The position numbers and the translations under genes are program-made. 64,000 nucleotides of DNA from Anaeramoeba ignava BMAN (Eukaryota > Protista > Anaeramoebae): the NCBI GenBank assembly GCA_028826165.1, contig JAPDFW010000107.1:124001-188000 (forward strand). The letters are read 5' to 3'. The notes under the pieces were generated by a model. The model was given only the letters and a program-made list of their open reading frames with translations, was not told the origin of the DNA and searched no databases. Below are positions 1 through 13,500 of this stretch, piece after piece (positions within the stretch are counted from its first letter, which is position 1; every line of letters starts with the position of its first letter).

Positions 1-3000
1 CTGGATATTTGATATTTATTCTCATTTTGGATCAACTCGTATTTTCCGCTGAGGCAAAATTCAGAATATAAATTGAGGAAAACTAAAATGACATTTTCAA
101 AATTATTAATCGCAAAATTGTAGATTGGAGGGAAGAGTATTGAATAACCGTTGCATAACTGGAACATAATTCGGTTTGTCCATTTGATGTGGATAAATTG
201 TATTTTTCTTTTTTGCTCTTGTTGCTGGCAAGTCTCCAAAAATCTGCTGAGGATTTCAAATGCCTTCTCAAGAAAGAAGATGGAGAATGGAACTTCTTTT
301 GAGATCAGTGGGTATTTTGCGAGATGTTTGGAAGCTAGTGATCTGTTTTTGTTCAATGCTTCAATCATTTGAGCGTTTTTTTTGAATGTTGGAAACACAA
401 AGAGCAAAGATTCTTCTCTGATTTCCAAAATATCAGGAAAAGTGAATGTGAAAATGTGCTTCTCCTGCTCGTTTGTGAAAATTTTGGAGATGAAATTGAA
501 GAAGAAAATATCCATTTTTTTATGATATTTCAATTTGTCTTGGAAAGATGTTGATTTGGAAACAAGCAGATCAAAGTATTTGTTGAAATCATCATTTATA
601 TCATCAATAATTTCGAAATTGGTCTCAAACTTGATAATTTTGTCAAATACCGTTTTGAACCAAGACAAAATATACTTTTGATCGTAATTTGGTATTTCAT
701 TCGGTTCATTTTTGGCAACATTTCCATTCCCATTTTCTGAATTATCCAAAATACTTTCACTGCTTTTGCTGAAGGAATCCAAACCATCTTTGTGGTGATT
801 TCGCAAAGAATGAGGAGTGTGTTTATCAGTATTTGAAGATGTTGTTTTATCTGCATTCTTTTCATCCCCGAAAAAGGAAGCAAAAATTTTTCTGTATTCT
901 GTTTTTAGAGACGAATGATCAACAAAAGTTGGTTTATGGAAAAGATCAAACCACAAATGATTCGATTTCTTGTCGAAAAGTTCAGTTGTAACGAAAGATA
1001 TCAATTTTGAGAAAAAATACTGATCGTGCATTTCCTTATTTTTTGTGTGTGCTTGAGAGAAAAGAGTTTGGACATCTTTCTGGATCCAGTATTTCATTGA
1101 AGAAAAAAGCATTCCAAAATCTGATTTGAGATTCTTTGAAAGCTCATCGAGTCGGAAAGTAAGCTCGTCAAATAAATTGTGTTTCGTATCTGGATAGAGA
1201 ATTAGTAATTCCAATCCAAATAATCCATTTTTCGAGGCCAATTTCCTTCTTTGATCAGGAAGATATGCTGATATTTTCATTTGATTCGCTATCCAAAGTG
1301 CTATCACTATTTTTTGAGTTTTGGATCATCTGGTAAAAGGATTGTGAATCAACACTTTCGAAATACAAGGCAAAGAAAACTTGCCAGATCAAAGAAGAAA
1401 GAGGATGGTTGTATTTGTGGAAACGCAGAAAATCAACCCACCAAAATACATGATTCAAATGAGGATAAATTAATTTTGATTTGATAAATTTGGCAATTTC
1501 TTTTGGCTTTTTTTCGAGAATCTGTTTTCCAATAATCTTTCTGTTTTGGAGTTCATGTTTGGTCTCTGCCATTAATATTGTAAATAGAATGTATGGTGAA
1601 TTGTGAATAAGCTTAAGACGGTCTTTTTGATTCCAATTTTTACGAACAAAAAACGGATAACAACCAATAATTCCAAAAGGGTTTTGGGGAGTGTTATTAA
1701 GTGAATGATCTTTGAGTTTCTGGATAAAGAACATTTCAATTAGTTGATAGCAATCAAATACAAATGATATTCTCGCTAATTTATTTAGGCAATGAACGAT
1801 GATTGGGTTTCGGCTCCAATCTTGGAAGGAGGTAAATAACGACAGCCAAAACAAAATGATTTTATTAAACTCTGTCGAGCAATTAATTGCATAAGTGTTT
1901 TGGTTGGTGATTGGTTGATTTTCTTTTGGTTGTGAATTGGGTTCAATCGATGAATCCAACATTGTGTAAATAAAATCGCTGATGAATAACTCGGCAGGAA
2001 AAAAGGGTATTTCTGTATATTCTGTTGGTACAATTTCAAGAGATATTGTTTTTTGGAAATAGTCTCTGTAAAGGAACTGAACATTATCCACCAATTTTAA
2101 GCAGTATTCGAACGAATTTTGTTCTTCATCAAGTTTTTGCAAAGATATTTTATACAAAGAATTTTTAATTAGCAGATATAACGCTTTGAAAAGTTGGAAA
2201 GTTGTTTTCTCTTTGATAAAAGACTGGAAAAGTCGATTGCACAGTGTTTCAAAATCGTTTTTGGAATTCTTGGCTCGTTCCTTCAAATGGGTTTCAAGAA
2301 CATCAATGAAATTTGTGGAGACAAGAATTGTGTAAGAAGTTAACGAGCTCATTTTTTTGGTGATTTTGTTCTGGAACTGGAAAAAATCGAGAGGCTCCAA
2401 ATACCTTTGTCCGTTATTAGCGAAGAGCTTCAACTGAAATACTATTTTCCAACACCATTGGTAAAAATGAGGATGATTCGTTATTTCCTTCTTTTTGAGT
2501 TGAATACATCGATTGGAAATTGCGAATAAAATCATTTGGTGGAATTTTGGATTGATATATAGAGAATCAGAAGAGTATCCCCAATTCAACTTCTCGATGA
2601 TTTGGGTCACAGCAGCGAATTGTGGTGTTTCGAAAGGATGCTCAATCCATTTCTTTATGATTCCAAAGTGTTTTTTTAATGGCGACCAAAGCTCAATCGG
2701 AATTGTTGACATGAAAGAATGAATAATTTCAGGAGATAAAATATTGGGAGCGCTGTTGTTGATCTGACCTAAAATAAACCCTGAATTCTGGGGTTGATAT
2801 TGCAAGATTTCTCTTGTTGTTTCCAAAATGGTTTTGAGATAGATTTGATTTTGTTTGTGTTCCGAAGTTGCAATTTGCCAAAAAAAGAAAAGCACAAAAG
2901 TGGATAATTGTTCGTTTTTTTGAAACTTAGCAATTTTCCCGAATAGATAAATAATAGGCGAGCCAATATCATATGAACAATTAAACAGAAATTTTTCATT

Positions 3001-4806
3001 TGAATTTTGATTTATTTTTTCATTTGAATTTTGATTTGAATTTTGATTTATTTTTTCATTTAATTGATTTGAATTTTCATTTATTTGATTTGAATTTTGA
3101 TTTATTTTTTCATTTGAATTTTGATTTATTTTTTCATTTAAATTTTCATTTAATTGATTTGAATTTTCATTTGAATTTTGATTTAATTGATTTGAATTTT
3201 CATTTATTTGATTTGAATTTTCATTTGAATTTTCATTTATTTGATTTGAATTTTCATTTAATTGATTTAATTTTTGATTTGGTGTTGTTTCTACTATTCG
3301 AAGCAGAAAATTAACAATTTCCCATGATGAATTTAATGAAACAAGATGATACGGAAGAGGTGTGAGGAAACAAACCAAATGGGGAACCTGAGAAATACTC
3401 TTGTTGATTTCAAGAAAAATATTGTCAATAAGTTCTTGTTTTTGGGAAATATCAAATTTATTGGATTCAAAAATGGAAGTAGAAATTTCTCTTGAGAAAT
3501 CAATGAATTTCTGAGTTATAATCTTAAGCTCGTAAATAGTGGGATCCAATTTTTGTAGAATATTGCCAAAATTCTTGCAAATTTTAAGAACATAATTTTG
3601 GAATTGCACGAAATCTTGGAACGGGTTTGAATCCAAAAAATCAGTAAATTTGCTTAAAGGAAGGCTGTTAAGAAATTCAATCAAGTTAAATTGAATGTTA
3701 TATTCCAGTGATTTCTTGTTTTCATCTTCGTTTTCAAGGATTCTATACACCATTGCCAAAGTGTCTGTAAACAGTTTTAAATTTTTGAGGTTTGAATCAT
3801 TTGGAAAGCGGATAAGCTGTTTTGCCCAGTTATTTGAATCAGCGGAAAAGAGCATTTCTTGGAACAAAAAGAGTAAATGATTAACGTTTCCAAAATGAAC
3901 AAGACACAATCCTAATGAAACAATCCGATCTCTTATAAATTGAAGAAGTGTTTTGAATGGAGAGTTTACTAATTTGAAATTTGGCTTTGCGTTTTCTTGC
4001 GATTTCTGGTATAAATTCTCGTTATCATAATTGAAAATTTCGAGCTTGATCACAGACTCCTCTTTTTCTAAATTTGGGGATTTGGAATCCTCGATCACAT
4101 TTGAAATGAATTGGGACTTTTTTGTCAACTGACTTGAAACTTCTTTTTCCCAATAAAATAGAATCTGAATGATTTCTTGAATTTGGAAAAGAACTTTGTT
4201 CTGCGATTCTTCGTCTAATGGCGCCATTTGAGCGTATAGACTATCCTGGTAAATTTTTTCTTTTTGGATTAATTGGTTGAAAGAATTGAGATTCAATAAA
4301 ACTGAGAAAATTAAGTAATCAACTTGAATTTGCAATTTTTGGAAATTGCAGGATTCTTTTGTCATATGATCCGACATTAAAATAGCCAACAGGTTAAATT
4401 TTATTTCAAGATCTTTGGCGTGAACATTGTCAAAAAAGGCTGTTTGATAAGTGATTTGCTTGATATCTCCTTGTATTGCTATTCTTGCCTTTGTGTTACT
4501 AATTTTCCAAAGTTTTGAGTTAAATTCTTCAATTTGCGATTTAAAACGATGAGAAATTGATTTATATTTATTAATTTGGATTGAGGCTTTAAACAAGTTT
4601 TGCATTATTTGCTTCAATTTGGCAATTCTTTCTTTTATCTTTTTAAATCCAAAGAAGCAAAAAGAGAAAGAAAGCAAAAAAATAATTAAGAAATAAAGAA
4701 AAAGCAAAAAAATAAAAAATTGTGATTGAAAAATTGGTAATTTGAAAACAGAAAAAAAAAAGGGATTTGATTAAATTACATTTTGATCGAAGGCATTTTG
4801 ATTCAT
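1..4806 (-). CDS. EPG5: Ectopic P-granules protein 5 (EPG5)-like autophagy tether; 3' part runs off the window; one frameshift near 1258-1325
   Basis: Exon 1 is 4806-4780 (MNQNAFDQN), followed by GT..AG intron 4779-4639. Exon 2 starts at 4638, in frame with ORF 1255..4707. Motifs LNWGYSSDSLYINPKFHQ and HPLSSLIWQVFFALYF resemble EPG5. After the TGA at 1255 another frame stays open toward the window edge (…DQRRKLASKNGLFGLELL…FSSMKYWIQ…). Confidence 0.75.
2995..3275 (-). repeat. In-frame low-complexity coding repeat (NENSNQI/NEKINQNS) inside EPG5
   Basis: Imperfect tandem repeats of about 21-24 nt visible in the DNA and the translation. Confidence 0.9.
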
Positions 4807-4888
4807 TGAAAAAATAATAATAAGAAAAATAAGAAAAAAAATGAAAAAAATGAAATTTTAATTTTTTCATTTTTTTTCTTTTTCAAAA
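4807..4888. promoter_or_regulatory. 82-bp bidirectional promoter region with TCATTTTT initiator-like motifs on both strands
   Basis: Divergent ATGs at 4806(-) and 4889(+). 'aaaaaaatgaaaaaaatgaaa' (minus-strand TCATTTT x2) lies at ~4834-4856 and 'ttcatttttttt' at ~4866 on the plus strand. Confidence 0.55.
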
Positions 4889-6655
4889 ATGAATGATTGT
4901 TTATTTTTTGGTTTAAATCTATATCCAAAACTTTTAAAAAATGAACCAAATAAAATAACAAAACCAATTCAATTTAAATTTGAAAATGAAAATGAAAAAC
5001 AAATTAAACAAATTTTAACAGGAAATTATTCAACAATTTTCCTTTTTGAAAATGGAAAATCAATAGAATATTTAAATGAAAATGATTCAAAACAAAATCC
5101 TTCAAAAATCGAAATTGAAAATATTCAAAAAGTAACTGTTGGTTCTCATAATGAAGCTATTTTAACAATAGAAGGAAATGTATTTGCCAAAGGAAAAGAT
5201 ATTGATTCAAATAATCCAAATGAATTTATCAATATTTCATTATTAATTGAAGATACAAATGATAGAGTAATTGAAGATATTATTTCTGGAGCTTTTTCAA
5301 TTTATTTACTAACTTCAAATCATAATGCCTATGGAATTGGCTCTAATCAACATGGCCAACTTGGTTTTGATTCTGAAACACTTTCAAAAACAGAAAAACC
5401 AATTTTAATGATGAAAAATGTTTCTAAAATATTTTCAGGAAATTCTTCATTTCATGTTTTTATTTTAAATTCAAATCAAGAATTATTTGGATGTGGTGAT
5501 AATAATCCCTATCAACTTGGATTAGGAAAAACAAAAGAATACTATATCCGAGAATTAACCAAAGTCCAAAATATTCCAAAAGGTAAAATAATTGATATTC
5601 AATGTGGAAGTACGCATTCAATAATGTTGATTGAAGATAAAAATCAAAAAAGAAAAATTTATTCAGCAGGATTTTATCAATATAATGGACTTGGCAAAAA
5701 TGAGCATAGCCATGTATTTACTGAAATCAAATCATCTTTATTTGAAAAAAATGATAATATTCTTGATTTTTCTGTTGGAAATCGACATACTTTGATTTTA
5801 ACTTCCAATTCGAAATTAATTGGATTTGGAGAAAATTTATATGGTCAATTAGGAAATGGAAACATTGAAGTAAGTGAATTGATTCCAATTCAAATCGAAC
5901 TTCCTAAATTAAGATTTAATGAAGATATTTCTAATTATCATATTTGTTGTGGATATCAAAAATCATTTTTTTATTATTCTCCTTCTTTTTCCAATCTTGA
6001 AGAAGATTTGATAAAACTATTTAGAAGAAAAGAATTTTGTAATATTTCATTTAAAACCAAAAATGGAGAAATAATTGAGGCTCATAAATTAATATTGAAA
6101 TATAGATTAAATCAAAATCAAAATGAAATTGAAAAACTTCAAGAAATTATTTCAAAAAAATCAATTAAAGAATCAAATCAAATATTTGAAATGATTTATT
6201 CAAACAGAATAATAAATCCAATATTATATTGTGAAATTAAAGAAATTATAAATTCAAATGAAAAAATTGAAGAAACAATGAAAAGAATTTATTTAAATGA
6301 AAATGAAAAAGATTTTATAATTGAAAGAAAAGAAAAGAAATATAAATTTCCTAAATTAATATTAATAATGAGAAGTGAATTATATCGAGGAATGTTTTTA
6401 TCTGTAACTGAAGATAAATCTAATAAAGTTACAGATTATAGTGAATTAAGTAATAAATCATTTCAAATATTTGAATATTGGATTTATTCAAATCAAATTA
6501 AAGATGAAATTCAAATTACACAAGAAATAATTGATGAAATTGAAATTGGAATTGATTATTTTCAATTAAATCAAACAAATCCAAATTTATTTGATTTATT
6601 AATTAACAAATTTAATAATCAAATTCAAAATGAAGAAAGATGTTTAATTTTTTGA
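4889..6655 (+). CDS. RCC1-repeat beta-propeller plus two BTB/POZ-like domains, paralog 1 (intact, intronless)
   Basis: RCC1 motifs GSNQHGQLG, GDNNPYQLG, GENLYGQLG and SVGNRHTLIL. BTB-like motifs FCNISFKTKNGEIIEAHKLILKYR and KDFII…FPKLILIMRSELYRGMF…FEYWIYSN. Confidence 0.9.
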   Translation: MNDCLFFGLNLYPKLLKNEPNKITKPIQFKFENENEKQIKQILTGNYSTIFLFENGKSIEYLNENDSKQNPSKIEIENIQKVTVGSHNEAILTIEGNVFAKGKDIDSNNPNEFINISLLIEDTNDRVIEDIISGAFSIYLLTSNHNAYGIGSNQHGQLGFDSETLSKTEKPILMMKNVSKIFSGNSSFHVFILNSNQELFGCGDNNPYQLGLGKTKEYYIRELTKVQNIPKGKIIDIQCGSTHSIMLIEDKNQKRKIYSAGFYQYNGLGKNEHSHVFTEIKSSLFEKNDNILDFSVGNRHTLILTSNSKLIGFGENLYGQLGNGNIEVSELIPIQIELPKLRFNEDISNYHICCGYQKSFFYYSPSFSNLEEDLIKLFRRKEFCNISFKTKNGEIIEAHKLILKYRLNQNQNEIEKLQEIISKKSIKESNQIFEMIYSNRIINPILYCEIKEIINSNEKIEETMKRIYLNENEKDFIIERKEKKYKFPKLILIMRSELYRGMFLSVTEDKSNKVTDYSELSNKSFQIFEYWIYSNQIKDEIQITQEIIDEIEIGIDYFQLNQTNPNLFDLLINKFNNQIQNEERCLIF

Positions 6656-6729
6656 AAAGAAATAATTGATAAAATCAAAATTAAAATTCAAATTCCAAAA
6701 TTATTTTTTTCATTTTTTTCTTTTCAAAA

Positions 6730-8543
6730 ATGAATGAAATTTTATTTTTTGGTTTAAATGAAAAAGCCAAAACTTTTCAAAAATGAACCAGAAATAATAA
6801 CAAAACCAATTCAATTTAAATTTGAAAATGAAAATGAAAATGAAAATGAAAATGAAAATGAAAATGAAAAACAAATTAAACAAATTTCATCAGGCTTTTT
6901 TTCAACAATTTTCCTTTTTAAAAATGGAAAAAGAATTGAATATTTAAATGATGAATATTCAAAAAGAAGAGACAAACAAAACTCAAGAAAAAAAAGAAAT
7001 CGAAAGAGAAATCAAAATCCTAAAAAAATCCAAATTGAAGAAAATATTCAAAAAGTAACTGTTGGTTTCCATAATGAAGCTATTTTAACAAAAGAAAGAA
7101 ATGTATTTGCAAAAGGAAAAGATATTAATTCAAATAATCCAAAAGAATTTATCAATATTTCATCATTAATTGAAGATATAAATGATAGAATAATTGAAGA
7201 TATTGTTTGTTCTGCTCAATCAATTTATTTATTAACTTCAAATCATAATGCCTATGGAATTGGCTCTAATCAACATGGCCAACTTGGTTTTGATTCTGAA
7301 ACACTTTCAAAAACAGAAAAACCAATTTTAATGATGAAAAATGTTTCTAAAATATTTTCAGGAAATTCTTCATATCATGTTTTTCTTTTAAATTCAAATC
7401 AAGAATTATTTGGATGTGGAGCAAATTTTTCTGGAGAAATTGGTTTAGGAGAATCAAGAAAAAAAGAGGCATACATCCAAAAATTAACCAAAATCCAAAA
7501 TATTCCAAAAGGCAAAATAATTGATATTCAATGTGGTTATTCTCATTCAATAATGTTGATTGAATTTAAAACAAAAAGAAAACTTTATTCATGTGGAGAT
7601 TATCAAAATAATGGACTTGGCAAAGATAAAGATACTTATGAATTTACTGAAATCAAATCATCTTTATTTGAAAATGATGATAATATTCTTGATTTTTCTG
7701 TTGGTGATAGACATACTTTGATTTTAACTTCCAAAAGGAAATTAATTGGATTTGGAGATAATTATTTTGGTGAATTAGGAACTGGAGATACAAAAGATCA
7801 ATTAATTCCAATTCAAATTGAACTTCCTAAATTAAGATTTAAAGAAGATATTTATAATTATCATATTTATTGTGGATATCGGAAATCATTTCTTTATTAT
7901 TCTCCTTCTTTTTCCAATCTTGAAGAAGATTTGATAAAATTATTTAGAAGAAAAGAATTTTGTGATATTTCATTTAAAACAGAAAATGGAGAAATAATTG
8001 AAGCTCATAAATTAATATTGAAATATAGATTAAATCAAAATGAAAATCAAATTGAAAAACTTCAAGAAATTATTTCAAAAAAATCAATTAAAGAATCAAA
8101 TCAAATATTTGAGATGATTTATTCAAATAGAATAATAAATCCAATATTATATTTTGAAATTAAAGAAATTATAAATTCAAATGAAAAAATTGAAGAAACA
8201 ATGAAAAGAATTTATTTAAATGAAAATGAAAATGAAAAAGATTTTATTATTGAAAGAAAAGAAAAACAATATAAATTTCCTAAAATTATTAATAATGAGA
8301 AGTGAATTATATCGAGGAATGTTTTTATCTGTAACTGAAGATACTTCTAATAAAGTTACAGATTATAGTGAATTAAGTAATAAATCATTTCAAATATTTG
8401 AATATTGGATTTATTCAAATCAAATTAAAGATGAAATTCAAATTACACAAGAAATAATTGATGAAATTCAAATTGGAATTGATTATTTTCAATTAAATCA
8501 AACAAATCCAAATTTATTTGATTTATTAATTAATAAATTTTAA
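6730..8543 (+). CDS. RCC1-BTB paralog 2 (frameshifts at ~6762 and ~8283; assembly error or young pseudogene)
   Basis: ATG at 6730 matches the paralog 3 start (MNEILFFG). ORFs 6758..8305 and 8220..8543 together align with paralog 1. The indels sit in A-runs. Confidence 0.85.
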
Positions 8544-8660
8544 TAAAAGAATTGAAAGAAAAGAATCGAGAGAAAAAAAATCAAAATTAAAATCAAAATT
8601 AAAATTAAAATTAAAATTAAAAATTCCAAAAATTCATTTTTCATTTTTTTCTTTTCAAAA

Positions 8661-10421
8661 ATGAATGAAATTTTATTTTTTGGTGTAAATGAAAAGCCAA
8701 AACTTTTCAAAAATAAACCAGAAAAAATAACAAAACCAATTCAATTTAAATTTGAAAATGAAAATGAAAATGAAAATGAAAATGAAAAACAAATTAAACA
8801 AATTTCATCAGGTTTTTTTTCAACAATTTTCCTTTTTAAAAATGGAAAAGCAATAGAATATTCAAAACAAAATCCTGAAAAAATCCAAATTGAAAATATT
8901 CAAAAAGTAACTGTTGGTTATGATAATGAAGCTATTTTAACAATAGAAGGAAATGTATTTGCCAAAGGAAAAAATATTAATTCAAAATAATCCAAAAGAA
9001 TTTATCAATATTTCATCATTAATTGAAGATACAAATGATAGAATAATTGAAGATATTGCTTCTGGATATTATTCAATTTACTTATTAACTTCAAATCAAA
9101 ATGTTTATGTATTTGGTTTAAATATATATGGCCAACTTGGTTTTGATTCTGAAACACTTAAAAAAACAGAAAAACCAATTTTAATGATGAAAAATGTTTC
9201 TAAAATATTTTCAGGAAATTCTTCATATTCTGTTTTTCTTTTAAATTCAAATCAAGAATTATTTGTATCAGGATTTAATCAATATGGTCAACTTGGATTA
9301 GGAGAATCAACAGAAGAAATAGAAATCCAAAAATTAACCAAAATCCAAAATATTCCAAAAGGTAAAATAATTGATATTCAATTAAGCGTTTCTTTTTCAG
9401 TAATGTTGATTGAAAATGAAAATCAAGATCAAAATCCAAAAAGAAAACTTTATTCATGTGGATATTATCAAAATAATGGACTTGGCAAAGATGGAGTTAC
9501 TTTTGAATTTACTGAAATCAAATCACCTTTATTTGAAAATGATAATATTCTTGATTTTTCTGTTGGAAATGCTCATACTTTGATTTTAACATCTAATTCA
9601 AAATTAATAGTATTTGGAAATAATTATTATGGTCAATTAGGAACTGGAGATACAAAAATCAATTAATTCCAATTCAAATTGAACTTCCTAAATTAAGATT
9701 TAAAGAAGATATTTATAATTATCATATTTATTGTGGATATCAAAAATCATTTCTTTATTATTCTACTCCTTCTTTTTCTAATCTTGAAGAAGATTTGATC
9801 AAATTATTTAAAAGAAAAGAATTTTGCGATATTTCATTTAAAACCAAAAATGGAGAAATAATCAAAGCTCATAAATTAATATTGAAATATAGATTAAATC
9901 AAAATCAAAATCAAAATGAAAAACTTCAAGAAATTATTTCAAAAAAATCAATTAAAGAATCAAATCAAATATTTGAAATGATTTATTCAAACAGAATAAT
10001 AAATCCAAAATTATATTCTGAAATTAAAGAAATTATAAATTCTAATGAAAAAATTGAAGAAACAATTAAAAGAATTTATTTAAATGAAAATGAAAATGAA
10101 AATGAAAAAGATTTTATTATTGAAAGAAAAGAAAAACAATATAAATTTCCTAAATTAATATTAATAATGAGAAGTGAATTATATCGAGGAATGTTTTTAT
10201 CTGTTACAGAAGATAATTCTAATAAAGTTAGAGATTATAGTGAATTAAGTAATAAATCATTTCAAATATTTGAATATTGGATTTATTCAAATCAAATCAA
10301 AGAAGAAATTCAAATTACACAAGAAATAATTAAAGAAATTAAAATTGGAATTGATTATTTTCAATTAAATCAAACAAATCCAAATTTATTTGATTTATTA
10401 ATTAATAAATTTAATAATTAA
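8661..10421 (+). CDS. RCC1-BTB paralog 3 (frameshifts at ~8984 and ~9655)
   Basis: ORFs 8661..8990, 8953..9666 and 9795..10421 are collinear with paralog 1. Both breaks are 1-nt indels in or beside A-runs. Confidence 0.85.
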
Positions 10422-10508
10422 AATCAAAATCAAAATTAAAATTAAAATTAAAAAAATTATTTTTCATTTTTTATTTTTCATTTTTTTCTTTCCATTTTTT
10501 TTTATATT

Positions 10509-13500
10509 ATGACTACTTCACTTATTTTATTTCTTGATCGCCATTTAAAACAAAATTTATCAAAAGAAAAAGAAAAAGAAAAAGAAAAAGAAATTGAAAA
10601 AGAAAATGAAAATGAAAAAGAAATTGAAAAAGAAAATTTAGAACAAAAACCACAAGATCCAAATCAAGAATTATTTTCAAAATTAACTCAAGTATTAAAA
10701 AAAAATTATTTTCTTTTATTTCTTTTTCTTCTTCTTTGATTAAACAAAAAAAAAATAAATTTAAACAAATTTTTTTTTATCCATTTCTAAAAATAGTTTA
10801 TTGATATTCTTTTAAAAAGAAAACCACAAGAACAATTTGATGATTTATTATTCTTATTAACACAAATTTCGAATCTAAAAGATGTTAAATTACAAAAAAT
10901 AATCACTAAAAATTATATTCATAATTTCTTCACAAAGCAAATTCAAGAACTTCCAAAAGAATACAATAAAGCACTTTCCGAATTAGTTGATCCCAAAAAA
11001 TATCGGCTATTAACTTTATTAATTAATTGCTATGCAAGAGATACTATTTTGGAGATTCTAGATTCCAACGAAGATTTTTTCAAAGTTTTTCCAATTGACA
11101 ATTCAGATTTCATGAACAGATTAAGTTTAACTAACAATCCTGATGAGGATGAAATTTTCATTAATAAATTTATACATTTATTATCTTTGAAGAAGAAGTA
11201 TCCTTTATTAGAGAAGTATTTTGATTATGGTATATAAAAAATATTTAAATTATAATTTAATTTAATATTTAATTTAATATTTAAATTATAATTTAATTTA
11301 ATATTTATTTTAATATTTATTTTAATATTTATTTTAATATTTATTTTAATATTTAATTTAATATTTAATTTAATATTTAATTTAATATTTATTTTAATAT
11401 TTAATTTAATATTTAATTTAATATTTAATTTAATATTTATTTTAATATTTAATTTAATATTTAATTTAATATTTAATTTAATATTTATTTTAATATTTAT
11501 TTTAATATTTAATTTAATATTTATTTTAATATTTATTTTAATATTTAATTTAATATTTAATTTTAATATTTAATTTTAATATTTAATTTAATATTTAATT
11601 TAATATTTAATTTATTTAATATTTAATTTAATATTTATTTTAATATTTAATTTAATATTTAATTTAATATTTATTTTAATATTTAATTTTAATATTTATT
11701 TTCAATATTTAATTTTAATATTTAATTTAATATTTAATTTAATATTTATTTTAATATTTAATTTTAATATTTAATTTAATATTTATTTTAATATTTAATT
11801 TAATATTTAATTTAATATTTATTTTAATATTTTAATTTTTTTAAATTATAAATTATAATTTAATATTTATTTTAATATTTATTTAAATTATAATTTAATA
11901 TTTAATTTAATATTTAATTTAATATTTATTTTAATATTTAATTTAATATTTAATTTAATATTTATTTTAATATTTATTTAATATTTAATTTAATATTTAA
12001 TTTAATATTTAATTTAATATTTATTTTAATATTTAATTTAATATTTAATTTAATATTTAATTTAATATTTAATTTAATATTTAATTTAATATTTTAAATT
12101 TTAAATTTTAAATTTTAAATTTTAAATTATAAAAATTATAAAAATTATAAAGGATTGCCGCTTCAAAATGCTGATGAATATTATGAAGAAATGATCGAGA
12201 ATTTCGAAGATAATGAAGACGAAATCAAATCAAATTTTGATTTCTCTAAACACTTTGTTAACTTTGTTTTCAACCACCTCTTCATCTCTACAAAAGATGA
12301 AGATGAAATTATGACTTTAATCAATATATTAATGCACAAATGTTTAACAATCGCAATTTCAGAAGAAAACATGGCGAAAAGAGAAACAGAAATCTGCGAA
12401 ATCATTGAGAAAATCACGATCATTTGCTCAGCATTGCCACAGATTCTCCAAATAACAAGTAGTATTTTGAATGAGCGATTACTTTATGTATCAAGTTTTC
12501 TCAGAGCAGACCAAAAAATCTTCCGCATTGTCGAAGCAACACAGAAACTTATTGTGACTATTCTCCAACGGTTTAAAAACATCGACAACGGACATTTAAC
12601 TTTTGGAAATGCAGAAAACAAAATATCTCGAATGATTTCATATTCGGTTCAAGAACCCTTTAGATATTTAGCGGAAATCAACGAAAATTACAAGGATATC
12701 AACAAACACATCCAGATTCTAAATCAGACTCTCAAGAGCCCGCTTATCTGGGAGTCGAAACTCGCAGTGATCGAGAAATTCATCGATGTTTATCTCGATG
12801 ATATTCACACAAAAATTCCTGTTTCCGTTGAATGTGTCATCGAGTCACTTCGTTGTCTCAGAATGTTTCCTCTCAAAACACTCCCAAGTATATTGCTCCT
12901 CTTGACCCTCATCGCAAGAGGAAGCGACAACAAAAAATTGTTTTCGGAAAAGCGCGGAATCCAAACCATTCTCGAAATTATGCAAGCAAACGAGAAAAAC
13001 ATTCAACTCCAAATTTGGGGAATAAAAGCCATTTGGGGAATGGCTCAATATTCAATGGAGAACAGAGATATCATCACAGAGTTTGAGGGTCTCAAGGTCA
13101 TTCTCAACGTTATGGCCCAATTTCCTCACGAACCAGAATTGCATTCCAATGCTTGTGCTACTTTGTGGATTTTGTCAACATCCGAACAGAATCGAAATGA
13201 TGTTTCAAAAAACAATGGGATTCATGTTATTCTCCAATCCATGAATAACCATCTTAAGAACACTGAGCTACAAACTAATGCTTGTGGTGTTCTCTGGAAT
13301 TTATCTGTTAATGATGAAAACAAAAAATCTATTATTGATAATGATGGAATTAAGATTATTCTCCATTCTTTGATCACTCACAAGATGGATGAAAGTGTGC
13401 AAAAATATGCATGTGGTGTACTTGCAAATATTGCTAGTTTGGAAGGTATAATTTTAACAAGAATTTTAACAAGAATTTTAACAAGAATTTTAACAAGAAT

